This document shows positions 1 to 8,268 of a DNA stretch of 64,000 bases, in pieces. The stretch comes from Pseudobdellovibrionaceae bacterium. Lineage in GTDB: Bacteria; Bdellovibrionota; Bdellovibrionia; Bdellovibrionales; Bdellovibrionaceae. A program made the translations under genes and the position numbers. The DNA is taken from contig JAYUJM010000096.1 of assembly GCA_043765175.1 (NCBI GenBank), positions 3,900 through 67,899 of the forward strand. Reading direction: 5' to 3'. How positions within the stretch are numbered: the stretch's first letter is position 1; each line of letters begins with the position of its first letter. Below the pieces are notes generated by a model, which did not search any database, had not been told where the DNA came from, and saw only the letters and a list, made by a program, of their open reading frames with translations.

Positions 1-942
1 TGTGTATCCAGAAAGAGGACTAACTTGTTTCACTTGTTGATAGACTGTTGAAATAGCCTTCAAATCTTGTGAGTCTTGCTTTGTAAATGGCCACATATGT
101 AAATAATTAATACATAGTAATCCTAAAGCTTCAGTATCATTTTTTTTAGCTTCTACAATTTTTATAAGTAAGCTTTGCGATTGAATCAGATCATCAATGA
201 TACCTTTTTTCAAGTAAGCTAGAACATTTAATTTAATTTCTTTGATATTAAAATCAACAGATTCTTTTTCACTCAACTGAGGCGTGATCAGTTTCCAGCT
301 TTTTTTTTGAACGGGCTCGGTAAAATAATCTTTGCTTAAGTAGATTATAGAGACAATAATTACAGTGCTTAAAGTAAAAAATAACTTTCTTAATATTTTT
401 GATTTTTTTTCTTTTAACTTTTCTTTTTCTATTCTAAAAAGTTCTTTTTGTTTAATTAGAAATTCTTGATCTTCTTTTGCTTGAAGTTTTTTTTGAAAAA
501 GAATTTTGTCTTCTTGATTGTTTGAATTTGGTGTTTGTGAATTGACAATAAGAGCATTTTTTTCTAACTGAGTAAATTCATCATCATTTTCGATCGTTGT
601 GTCTTCATCTGTACTTTTTGTATATTTTGCTATTGGAGATGTTCGCACGACCGTATCGGCTTCCATTTTTTGAGTTTTTTTATCATCTCGTTCAACAGGG
701 TTCTCTAAGGATTCGATCAGGCTTTCATAAAACTCAATTTGCTTAGAAAGCGGTTTCCAATCTCCTTCCGGATAGCTAGCGATTTCCTCTAAGCCAGAAA
801 AAAAGCCTTCAAGAATCATTTTACGTACAACTTCAGTATTATAAGGTCCTTTAATTTCACCTGATTCTAAACGCACCAACCATTTTTCAAGTTGTCCATT
901 ATCAGCAGATTGATCATGAAGTGAGTCAGTTTCAGATGTCAC
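1..942 (-). CDS. GYF_2-like domain / single TM / probable TPR protein, 5' part only (runs off window start; absent from ORF track)
   Basis: Hand translation from GTG at 942 is open to base 1: VTSETDSLHDQSADNGQLEKWLVRLESGEIKGPYNTEVVRKMILEGFFSGLEEIASYPEGDW (WxV..G.I.GPY GYF_2-like motif), acidic/coiled linker, TM LFFTLSTVIIVSIIYL, then helical EALGLLC segment. In-frame stop at 982-984 upstream. Confidence 0.75.
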   Translation of the reverse strand, partial: MTSETDSLHDQSADNGQLEKWLVRLESGEIKGPYNTEVVRKMILEGFFSGLEEIASYPEGDWKPLSKQIEFYESLIESLENPVERDDKKTQKMEADTVVRTSPIAKYTKSTDEDTTIENDDEFTQLEKNALIVNSQTPNSNNQEDKILFQKKLQAKEDQEFLIKQKELFRIEKEKLKEKKSKILRKLFFTLSTVIIVSIIYLSKDYFTEPVQKKSWKLITPQLSEKESVDFNIKEIKLNVLAYLKKGIIDDLIQSQSLLIKIVEAKKNDTEALGLLCINYLHMWPFTKQDSQDLKAISTVYQQVKQVSPLSGYT

Positions 943-1024
943 TTTAACAGTATAAATTACTCTTAAAGGCTGTGAAGTTAATTATGGAAACTTTATTTTG
1001 AATTAGACCAACTCGTGACTTAAG

Positions 1025-1062
1025 TCCAATATTGGAACCATATTTTAGTTCCAATTTGGAAC
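1025..1062. promoter_or_regulatory. Pair of related palindromes, candidate enhancer (UAS) for a sigma54 activator
   Basis: TCCAATATTGGA (1025-1036) and GTTCCAA-T-TTGGAAC (1048-1062); about 95-130 bp upstream of the predicted sigma54 start near 1157. Confidence 0.5.
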
Positions 1063-1130
1063 TTAAATTCGATACATTTCATTTTTTTCAATTTATATGT
1101 ATTATATTAATTTTGGCTCTAAAAAAATTC

Positions 1131-1146
1131 TGGCACATCAGTTGCT
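1131..1146 (+). promoter_or_regulatory. sigma54 (-24/-12) promoter
   Basis: TGGCAC-ATCAG-TTGCT, exact match to TGGCAC-N5-TTGCW, intergenic, pointing at a + strand terminator 230 nt downstream. Confidence 0.75.
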
Positions 1147-1156
1147 TAATAAGTTG

Positions 1157-1397
1157 TATGTTTAGATGGTTAGCAGTAGCTTACATTATCGTAGTTCTAG
1201 TTATTTCAGCTCGAGCAAAAGCGAACGATCTCAGACATTTTGAATTGTTTTTTAATCATCAGGCATTAATTTTAAACTAGGATCCCCTCCAAATGTTTAA
1301 AATCTGCTTGATGAGTAATTTTAAAATTAAAATTTGCTATCAATAGCACGTTTTTTATCAAGCTCAATTGTGGCCCCTCCTCAATTGAGCTTTTTTT
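1157..1397 (+). ncRNA. Candidate sigma54-dependent small RNA with two CCCCUCC-loop hairpins (may also encode a 40-aa peptide, 1158-1280)
   Basis: Promoter at 1131-1146; long hairpin 1252-1318 (TCATCAGGCA/TGCTTGATGA and TTTTAAAC/GTTTAAAA) with CCCCTCC at 1284-1290 in the loop; terminator hairpin with CCCCTCC at 1374-1380 in the loop. Confidence 0.55.
1360..1397 (+). terminator. Intrinsic terminator on + strand
   Basis: AAGCTCAATTG-N11-CAATTGAGCTT with a T-run on + only; the minus strand has no U-tract after the stem. Confidence 0.75.
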
Positions 1398-1416
1398 ATT
1401 TTCTTCGACTCAACTT

Positions 1417-2694
1417 CTAATTAGATCGTTTAATTAAAGCACCTAATTGAGTTAATTTATTTTCAAGTTTTTCGTAACCACGATCTAAATGATAAATTCG
1501 GTTTACTACAGTATCACCTTTTGCAACTAAGCCTGCTAAAACTAACGAAGCTGATGCCCGCAGATCAGTAGCCATAACAGGAGCAGCCGTTAATTGATTC
1601 GCTTTTCCACGCACAACAGCCACTTGAGTTTTTGGCGTTATGTCTGATCCTAAACGCATTAACTCATTCACATGCATAAAACGATTTTCAAAAACATTTT
1701 CTGTAATAACACTTGTTCCTTCTGCAACCGACATTAATGCCATGAACTGCGCTTGAAGATCTGTTGGAAACAATGGATGTGGAGCTGTATTAATGTCTAC
1801 AGCTTTCCATTTTTTTAGTGGATATACTCGCATTGTTGTGTCGGTCGTTTCTATTTTAAAACCAGCTTCTTTCATTTTTAAAATTAAGGCTTCTAAATCT
1901 TGGGGTTGACAATCTGTCACTGTGACATCTCCGCCAGTGATAGCGCCAGCAATCAATAAAGTTCCTGCTTCAATTCTATCAGGCATAATTTTATGTGTTG
2001 ATGGTTTTAAACTAGAAACACCTGTAATTTTAATCACGCTTGTTCCCTGACCTGAAATCTGAGCTCCCATTTTTATAAGATAATTTGCCAAATCGACAAT
2101 TTCAGGTTCTTTAGCTGCATTTTCGATTGTTGTGATTCCTTCAGCAAGAACAGCAGCCATCAATAAATTTTCAGTTCCACCAACAGTTGTTTTTTCAAAT
2201 AAGACAGTTGCACCTTTTAATTTTTTTTGATTTGCACCCACTTTTGCAAAAACATAACCATCACGTAACTCGATTTCTGCACCCAGTGCTTTCATGGCAT
2301 CTAAATGTAAATCGATGGGTCTAGTTCCAATAGCACATCCGCCTGGAAGCGATACTGTGGCTTCGCCATACTTAGCTAACATGGGGCCTAAACACAAAAT
2401 ACTTGCACGCATTTTTCTTACTAAATCATAATGAGCTTCAAATGTTTTTAATTTAGAAACACGAACCGTTAATCTATTTTGATATGGATCAAGCCCACGT
2501 TCGCAATCACAACCTAAACTTTTTAACAAGTCAGCTGTAGAATCAATATCTTTTAGTAACGGCACATTTTCAAATATATGATCGCCTTCTGCCAATAATG
2601 TTGAAAATAAAATAGGTAGTGCTGCGTTTTTTGCGCCACTTGTTGAAACTTTTCCGTTCAAAACTTGTCCACCTGTGACTGTCATTTTATCCAT
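1417..2694 (-). CDS. murA: UDP-N-acetylglucosamine 1-carboxyvinyltransferase
   Basis: GAKNAALP, RKMRAS, LPGGCAIGTRP (catalytic Cys loop), FPTDLQ, ATDLRAS motifs. Confidence 0.98.
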   Translation of the reverse strand: MDKMTVTGGQVLNGKVSTSGAKNAALPILFSTLLAEGDHIFENVPLLKDIDSTADLLKSLGCDCERGLDPYQNRLTVRVSKLKTFEAHYDLVRKMRASILCLGPMLAKYGEATVSLPGGCAIGTRPIDLHLDAMKALGAEIELRDGYVFAKVGANQKKLKGATVLFEKTTVGGTENLLMAAVLAEGITTIENAAKEPEIVDLANYLIKMGAQISGQGTSVIKITGVSSLKPSTHKIMPDRIEAGTLLIAGAITGGDVTVTDCQPQDLEALILKMKEAGFKIETTDTTMRVYPLKKWKAVDINTAPHPLFPTDLQAQFMALMSVAEGTSVITENVFENRFMHVNELMRLGSDITPKTQVAVVRGKANQLTAAPVMATDLRASASLVLAGLVAKGDTVVNRIYHLDRGYEKLENKLTQLGALIKRSN

Positions 2695-3547
2695 GATATA
2701 TTCCTTTTATAAAACGATCTTTTTTTGATAAATCTTGTATGATTTCAATTTCAGAAAAACAATTCAGTGTTTCCAAAAAATTCTTCATAATTATTCCTTG
2801 CTTATATCCCATTTCAAACATCATCAATCCAGATGGGTTCAAATGTTTCGCTGTAATTTTAGACCAGTTTTTTAAAAAAGCTAGTCCATTTTCTTCAGCA
2901 AACAAAGCTTGATGAGGCTCAAAATTTTTCACGTTTTTCTCAACTTCAGTATCATTAATATCTATGTAAGGAGGATTACCGACAATACAATCAAATTTTT
3001 CAAACTGATTCAAATCTGTGTTTTGAAAATCCTCTTGAATAATTTTCATACGATCAGCGACATTTAGTTTTTCAGCATTTCTTAATGTCGTTTGAATAGC
3101 AATATCTGAAATATCAATACTGATTAACTGTGCTTGATTATGAGAAGCTAAAACTGATAATCCAATACAACCTGACCCTGAACCAATATCTAAAATTTTA
3201 GGGTTTTGTATATTATTTTTTTTAATGTAAGCTAATACATATTCAACTAATTCTTCAGTTTCAGGTCTTGGTATCAATACTCCTGGTTGAATAAAAAATT
3301 GATGGCCATAAAATCCTTTTTCTTGAATAATATAAGCCACTGGTTCACCCATCGAACGACGTTTTATGAAGTCGCGACAGACTTGAATTTCAATTTCCGT
3401 AAGTGGTTGGTCATACTTAACATAAAGATCAATTCTTGAAATTTTTAATGCAAATGAAATCAATAATTCAGCATCTAAACGAGCTGATTCTATTTTTTTA
3501 TCTTTAAAAAATTGAATTGATTTAGTAAGAACATCTTTAAGTAACAT
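2687..3547 (-). CDS. prmC: Release factor glutamine methyltransferase HemK/PrmC
   Basis: VLIPRPETE, DIGSGSGCI, NPPY motifs; directly downstream of prfA. Confidence 0.96.
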   Translation of the reverse strand: MLLKDVLTKSIQFFKDKKIESARLDAELLISFALKISRIDLYVKYDQPLTEIEIQVCRDFIKRRSMGEPVAYIIQEKGFYGHQFFIQPGVLIPRPETEELVEYVLAYIKKNNIQNPKILDIGSGSGCIGLSVLASHNQAQLISIDISDIAIQTTLRNAEKLNVADRMKIIQEDFQNTDLNQFEKFDCIVGNPPYIDINDTEVEKNVKNFEPHQALFAEENGLAFLKNWSKITAKHLNPSGLMMFEMGYKQGIIMKNFLETLNCFSEIEIIQDLSKKDRFIKGIYHG

Positions 3548-3552
3548 TTAAA

Positions 3553-4632
3553 TTAATAAGAATTAGAAGCTTGTTTTTTTAAAGCTTCAGCTTGAAAGTG
3601 AGCAATTAATGGATCTATTAAAATTTCAAAAGAACCAGTCATTACAGAATCAAGCTGATGAATTGTTAAACCAATACGATGATCTGTAATTCGAGTCTGA
3701 GGAAAATTATATGTTCGAATTCTTTCAGATCGATCCCCAGTTCCAATTTGATCTAATCGAACATCAGAAGCTTCTTTTAATCGTTTATCATCTTCAATTT
3801 GTTGTAGTTTTGCAGCCAAAATTGAAAACGCACGTTCTTTATTTGATAACTGTGATTTACCCTCCTGGCAATGAACTAACAAACCCGTAGGAATATGATG
3901 AATTCTAACTGCAGATTCGGTTCTATTAACAGACTGACCACCTGCTCCACTGGCGCGCATGACATCAATTTTAATGTCTTTCATATCAATTTTAATATCA
4001 ACAGCTTCAACTTCTGGAATGACTGCTACAGTCACTGTGGATGTATGAACGCGACCAGCACCTTCGGTTTCTGGAACTCGCTGAACACGATGAACTCCAG
4101 ATTCATATTTCAATTTACTAAAAACTGATTCCCCTGAAATAGCCACGATAACTTCTTTTGCTCCACCAACATTGCCTGCAGAAAAAGAAACAAGTTCAGC
4201 TTTCCAGCCATGTTTATTTCCATAATTTACATATCCACGAAATAACTCATCGGCAAATAACGATGCTTCATCGCCACCTGCTCCTGCGCGAATTTCTAAA
4301 AGGACATTCTTGTCATCATTTGGATCTTTAGGAATAAGTGATATTTTTAAATTAGCTTCGATTCCTGGTAGCTCAGCCTCAAGGGATTTAATATCCTCAC
4401 GAATCATCTCCTTCATTTCAGAGTCAGACTCATGTAAAAACATATCTTTATTTTCTTTAAGTGCAGCAGATTTTTTTTTAAAATCACGATATAATAAAAC
4501 AATTTTTTCTAAATCAGAAAGTTCTTTCATTAAAGATCGATACAGTTTTTGGTCTGAGGCAATATCAGGTCTTTGAAGTGACATGTTCACTTCTTCATAA
4601 CGTGATTCGACTTGATTCAGTTTAGAAAACAT
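3553..4632 (-). CDS. prfA: Peptide chain release factor 1
   Basis: GGQ loop (GAGGQSVN), PET anticodon-mimic loop (RVPETE), [11 protein letters not shown]. Confidence 0.97.
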   Translation of the reverse strand: MFSKLNQVESRYEEVNMSLQRPDIASDQKLYRSLMKELSDLEKIVLLYRDFKKKSAALKENKDMFLHESDSEMKEMIREDIKSLEAELPGIEANLKISLIPKDPNDDKNVLLEIRAGAGGDEASLFADELFRGYVNYGNKHGWKAELVSFSAGNVGGAKEVIVAISGESVFSKLKYESGVHRVQRVPETEGAGRVHTSTVTVAVIPEVEAVDIKIDMKDIKIDVMRASGAGGQSVNRTESAVRIHHIPTGLLVHCQEGKSQLSNKERAFSILAAKLQQIEDDKRLKEASDVRLDQIGTGDRSERIRTYNFPQTRITDHRIGLTIHQLDSVMTGSFEILIDPLIAHFQAEALKKQASNSY

Positions 4633-4664
4633 AAATTAATCCTTAAAAAGTTCGTTTAGAAAAT

Positions 4665-4692
4665 AAAAAAGCGGCCTTGGTTACGCCGCTTT
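4665..4692 (-). terminator. Intrinsic terminator between rpmE and prfA
   Basis: Minus strand AAAGCGGC-GTAACCAAG-GCCGCTTTTTT. Confidence 0.7.
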
Positions 4693-4748
4693 GAACCCTT
4701 TCCAATTTATAATTTTCAAATTGAAGAAAGGGCAATAATATTTTTAGA

Positions 4749-5003
4749 CTACTTAGTAGCTTTAGTACCGTAACGCTTTTTAAAACGATCAATACGACCC
4801 TCAGTATCCATAATACGTTGTTTTCCAGTATAGAATGGATGAGATGCAGAAGAAATTTCAACTTTGATTAATGGATATTCTTTGCCATCAGTCCAAGTTG
4901 TTTTGTCTTTAGAATCTAAAGTTGTTGTTCCTAAAAATGAAAAGTCACAAGACATATCTTTAAATACGACTGTTTTAACTTTTGGATGTATTCCTTCTTT
5001 CAT
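4749..5003 (-). CDS. rpmE: 50S ribosomal protein L31, type B (zinc-free)
   Basis: [39 protein letters not shown]; no CxxC pairs. Confidence 0.95.
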   Translation of the reverse strand: MKEGIHPKVKTVVFKDMSCDFSFLGTTTLDSKDKTTWTDGKEYPLIKVEISSASHPFYTGKQRIMDTEGRIDRFKKRYGTKATK

Positions 5004-5154
5004 AACCCGTCCTTTATTTAGCTAAGTATGTATATAAATATAAGACTTCTGTAATAACACGGCGTTATAACCAAGCACAACAAGAAACCAGTGTTTTTGT
5101 TTCAAAACTAAACTCTATAAACCGAAAAATGAGCAATAAATAGGCATTGTTGCT

Positions 5155-5181
5155 TTAGCTCGTAGTTATTTTTGCCGATAA
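5155..5181 (+). promoter_or_regulatory. sigma28 (FliA)-type promoter
   Basis: TTAG-N15-GCCGATAA; perfect -10 box 6 nt before the ATG at 5188. Confidence 0.55.
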
Positions 5182-5187
5182 CAAACT

Positions 5188-5415
5188 ATGGAACAAATAT
5201 ACAAATTCAGATTTAGTTCTTGGGAGCACTTTTGTTTACATTTTGATAACTCCTATAAACTGACCGAAATATTTACTTTAGATGAAATTAAAATAAAAAA
5301 CATCGATACAAAAAATATTATTGATTTCGAAATCAAAAAAATAGTTTTGGAAAATAAAAGTTTAGTTCTTGATTGGACGAATACAGGATTTTTGGCACCT
5401 TTTTTTACCATTTAA
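5188..5415 (+). CDS. Hypothetical protein, possibly a truncated remnant
   Basis: 75-aa ORF behind a sigma28-like promoter; no recognisable family; downstream DNA has stop-interrupted hydrophobic frames. Confidence 0.35.
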   Translation: MEQIYKFRFSSWEHFCLHFDNSYKLTEIFTLDEIKIKNIDTKNIIDFEIKKIVLENKSLVLDWTNTGFLAPFFTI

Positions 5416-5634
5416 TTCCGTTTATGATTTGATTTGCTTTACCAGAAATTTTTACATTTTTAATAATTCCAACAAATAATTTTTTAATTTCTCAGAACTG
5501 CGACAAGTTTGCTCTGCAATTGGAATGCAAACTGTTATTCCAATTTTTATTATACCAATTACTTTTTTAAACTTAATTATAAGTTCTTTGCTGATGCAAA
5601 AAATTATAAAATTATAAAATTATCTAAAATTAAT

Positions 5635-6312
5635 GTGCCGATTCTAAAATTAGACAGATCTTTATCATTTATTTTGTTTATTACTTTTTTTGCGACTTCA
5701 AGTTGTACGCACTTGTCACTAAGTGTCTCAAGTGCCGAAGATGAACTTAGATTGAATCAAAATATATCCATTGAAATTGATCGTTATTATAATAAACTTA
5801 TGAAGACATCACCTGATTATTTTGATCTTAATGCTGCAGATAAAAACTATGAAACTATTTTAAAAGATTTATTTGATTTGAAATTATTATTCGTCGATAA
5901 AATGAATGAATTTAATTCGTCTAGCAAAAATTCAAGTCAATGTGTAGACAGCACTCGAAAAGCACTTCGAATTATTCGTTATATCGAAGATTATATTTTG
6001 CTCCAATAGAATGATCCTAAAGTAGGTCGACTTACATTAAGATCTGGTGATGCTTTAATATCTCGAGCTAACTCTTACACGATTGCGGCCATTGCTAGAA
6101 TCGAAAAAAGGGAAACACAGTTTTCTCATATTTCGCAGGTTTATATTGATGCACCCATTAAAACAGAAATAGATATTTAAATTGCTTTGACTGAACCACG
6201 AGTTATAGTTATTGAGGCTCACCCTGAAAGTGAAGTAGTGCCCACAACATTTGGTAAATATTCTTTAAGTGGAAACGCTCGCGTTGTATTATTTCGACCG
6301 CGAAGTGATTGA
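5635..6312 (+). pseudogene. Degraded YiiX/YebB-like permuted papain (NlpC/P60) amidase lipoprotein
   Basis: One frame from GTG 5635 (lipobox-like ATSSC) continues past TAG 6007-6009 and TAA 6178-6180: LRSGDALISRANSYTIAAIARI..QFSHISQVY..VIEAH..GNARVVLFR, ending at TGA 6310-6312 before any C-terminal catalytic Cys segment. Confidence 0.65.
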
Positions 6313-6476
6313 ATGGGCTTCCCTAGGAATTAGAAAAATATAAAGGTAGTATTTAAATTATATTTATTACCAAAAGCGATACTAAAAATTATTTATATCT
6401 ATTTTACTTAAAAGACTCTCTCGTTTAGTTTGATTTTGTAACAACTAATAAATCAAATATAAAACAAGGAGTTTTT

Positions 6477-6848
6477 ATGATTAAATCGAGCTATGTATTA
6501 ATTGCACTTTTATTAACAAGTATGACAACTTATGCAGAGTTAACTAATAATTTAATGCAAAAAAATGTTGTTAAAGTCTGGTCAGAAAAAAACTCAGCTG
6601 ATAACACTGTTTCAATAATGGCACTAGCCCGTTACAGTAACGACTGCTTTGCTCAAGTAGATATTTTTAAACATAGAGAAATTCAAAATTCAGATTTAAA
6701 TTATCGTATTTACTATAAAGAAAATTCAAATAAAATATGCACTAAAATATTTAAACCCGTTGATAAAATTTTTAAGATTGATGAAGTACCTAGTGATAGC
6801 TTTATTAACTTTTCAAAAATTAAAGTTAATGAAGTGGAAATTGAATAG
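6477..6848 (+). CDS. Secreted hypothetical protein
   Basis: AGGAG RBS, signal peptide (..MTTYA), two Cys. Confidence 0.7.
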   Translation: MIKSSYVLIALLLTSMTTYAELTNNLMQKNVVKVWSEKNSADNTVSIMALARYSNDCFAQVDIFKHREIQNSDLNYRIYYKENSNKICTKIFKPVDKIFKIDEVPSDSFINFSKIKVNEVEIE

Positions 6849-6851
6849 TTT

Positions 6852-7706
6852 TTATTTCAAAAATAATTTATTATAAAACTGATTTTTTTTAAAATTCTTT
6901 TTAAAGACAAAATAATATTTAATATAAGCTTGTTTTAAATTACTATCTGCAATTGATTTCACATCAGTTGCAGTTGTAGTTATACTATTAGGAACTACTG
7001 CATAGCCAAGGCCTGCCTCAACCAAGTTTCTAATGATTGTCCAGTCCTCACAAACAAATTTTATTTTTAAATCTTGTTTTTTTACTTCGTAATAATTTAA
7101 ATATAAATTCATATATTCATTCGAATGCGAATAAGCAATGCACGGGGTTTTTTTAAAAAAATCTGATTGACTGTCTGTATATTTATTTTTTAATAAATAC
7201 TTTTGATGAACAAGAATATGACTTGAATTTTCTAAAAATTCTTTTGCAACATATTCAATTGAATCTGGTTTTTCACGGAGCAACGCTATATCTATTTTTT
7301 GTTGATTAAGGGCTTCTAAGGCTTGATTTGAACTCATCGAAAGCAATTCAATGCAACCTGGAAAGCTTAAACAGTTACTCGCAAAATCTAAAAGCTCTTT
7401 TCTTCCACCAATTTTCAGTAGCTGATGGCTGCTATCGGAATAAGTTTTATGTATTTCTTTGAACGTTTCTTGATACTTTTGTAATAAATTCATTGATTCT
7501 TGATAAATTAACCGACCAAATGCAGTTGGTATTTTTCGTTTTCCTCGTAATTCTAAAAGTGGCAATTCAAAATAATTTTGTAAATTTTTTAGCTGCATCG
7601 TTAGAGCAGATTGAGTTAAGTTAAGTTGTTCTGAAGCTTTAGCAAAGCTAGCTGAATCAACGATAAGAGTAAACATTTGCAGCAAATGGACTGGAGGTAG
7701 ATTCAT
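6852..7706 (-). CDS. LysR family transcriptional regulator
   Basis: N-terminal HTH SFAKASEQLNLTQSALTMQLKNLQ..LLELRGKRK.PTAFG; 284 aa. Confidence 0.92.
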   Translation of the reverse strand: MNLPPVHLLQMFTLIVDSASFAKASEQLNLTQSALTMQLKNLQNYFELPLLELRGKRKIPTAFGRLIYQESMNLLQKYQETFKEIHKTYSDSSHQLLKIGGRKELLDFASNCLSFPGCIELLSMSSNQALEALNQQKIDIALLREKPDSIEYVAKEFLENSSHILVHQKYLLKNKYTDSQSDFFKKTPCIAYSHSNEYMNLYLNYYEVKKQDLKIKFVCEDWTIIRNLVEAGLGYAVVPNSITTTATDVKSIADSNLKQAYIKYYFVFKKNFKKNQFYNKLFLK

Positions 7707-7717
7707 TTTATCCTTAG

Positions 7718-7732
7718 TTCAAAATAATTGAA
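7718..7732. promoter_or_regulatory. LysR recognition site (T-N11-A palindrome)
   Basis: TTCA-N7-TGAA just upstream of the LysR start, in the divergent intergenic region. Confidence 0.5.
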
Positions 7733-7824
7733 GTATATAGTTAATTATATCTAATATTAAAAGTTTAAAATCTCAACTACATTTGCCAAAAATCAATAAC
7801 GATTTTTAACAAAAGGACAGAAAT

Positions 7825-8199
7825 ATGAAAAATTTAGTCATCATCAGTTTTTTAAGTTTAACAGCTGCTGTTAATGTGTATGCAGATTTCGGAAGTTACT
7901 CTTGTAAGGAAATTAAAAGTAACAAAACAGCTTATTTAAGCTTTGTAATGGAAAACAATGTTAAACGTATCACTTGGATGCCAAGCAAAGGTTTAAAAAC
8001 AACAAAAGCTAATTCCAGCAATTCAAGTTTGACATTAACTAAAGATTTAGAATTCGTATTATTTGGATTTCAAGATCAAGCAGATATTTTAGTTGTTCCA
8101 CTAAATACTGGAACAACATCTAAAATTGTAGTTAAAACTTATTTAGATAATGATGATGTATCTGAGAATGAACAATCTTTTAATTGTGTAGCTTTTTAA
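7825..8199 (+). CDS. Secreted hypothetical protein, divergent from LysR
   Basis: AAGGA RBS, signal peptide (..VNVYA), Cys near each end (possible single disulfide). Confidence 0.7.
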   Translation: MKNLVIISFLSLTAAVNVYADFGSYSCKEIKSNKTAYLSFVMENNVKRITWMPSKGLKTTKANSSNSSLTLTKDLEFVLFGFQDQADILVVPLNTGTTSKIVVKTYLDNDDVSENEQSFNCVAF

Positions 8200-8226
8200 A
8201 GTGAAGTGATTTTTATTATTTTTAAT

Positions 8227-8262
8227 AGAAGATATTAAATAATGATAAATTTAATATCTTCT
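8227..8262. terminator. AT-rich 14-bp hairpin between convergent genes
   Basis: AGAAGATATTAAAT-N8-ATTTAATATCTTCT between the stop at 8199 and the rho stop at 8269. Confidence 0.5.
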
Positions 8263-8268
8263 TCTATG

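Noticed and set aside
1032-1280. 82-aa ORF from the track
   Set aside because: Its first half runs over the palindromes and the sigma54 box and has no RBS; only the part from ATG 1158 is plausible.
3895-4861. ORFs 3895-4128, 4310-4576 and 4643-4861
   Set aside because: Antisense or out-of-frame shadows of prfA and rpmE, with no RBS or family signal.
5600-5623. AAAATTAT x3 tandem repeat
   Set aside because: Low-complexity A/T sequence expected by chance at this composition.
6007-6312. Stop-codon reassignment or read-through in the YiiX-like frame
   Set aside because: The internal stops are of two types (TAG, TAA), and both end ordinary genes throughout the window; pseudogenisation is simpler.
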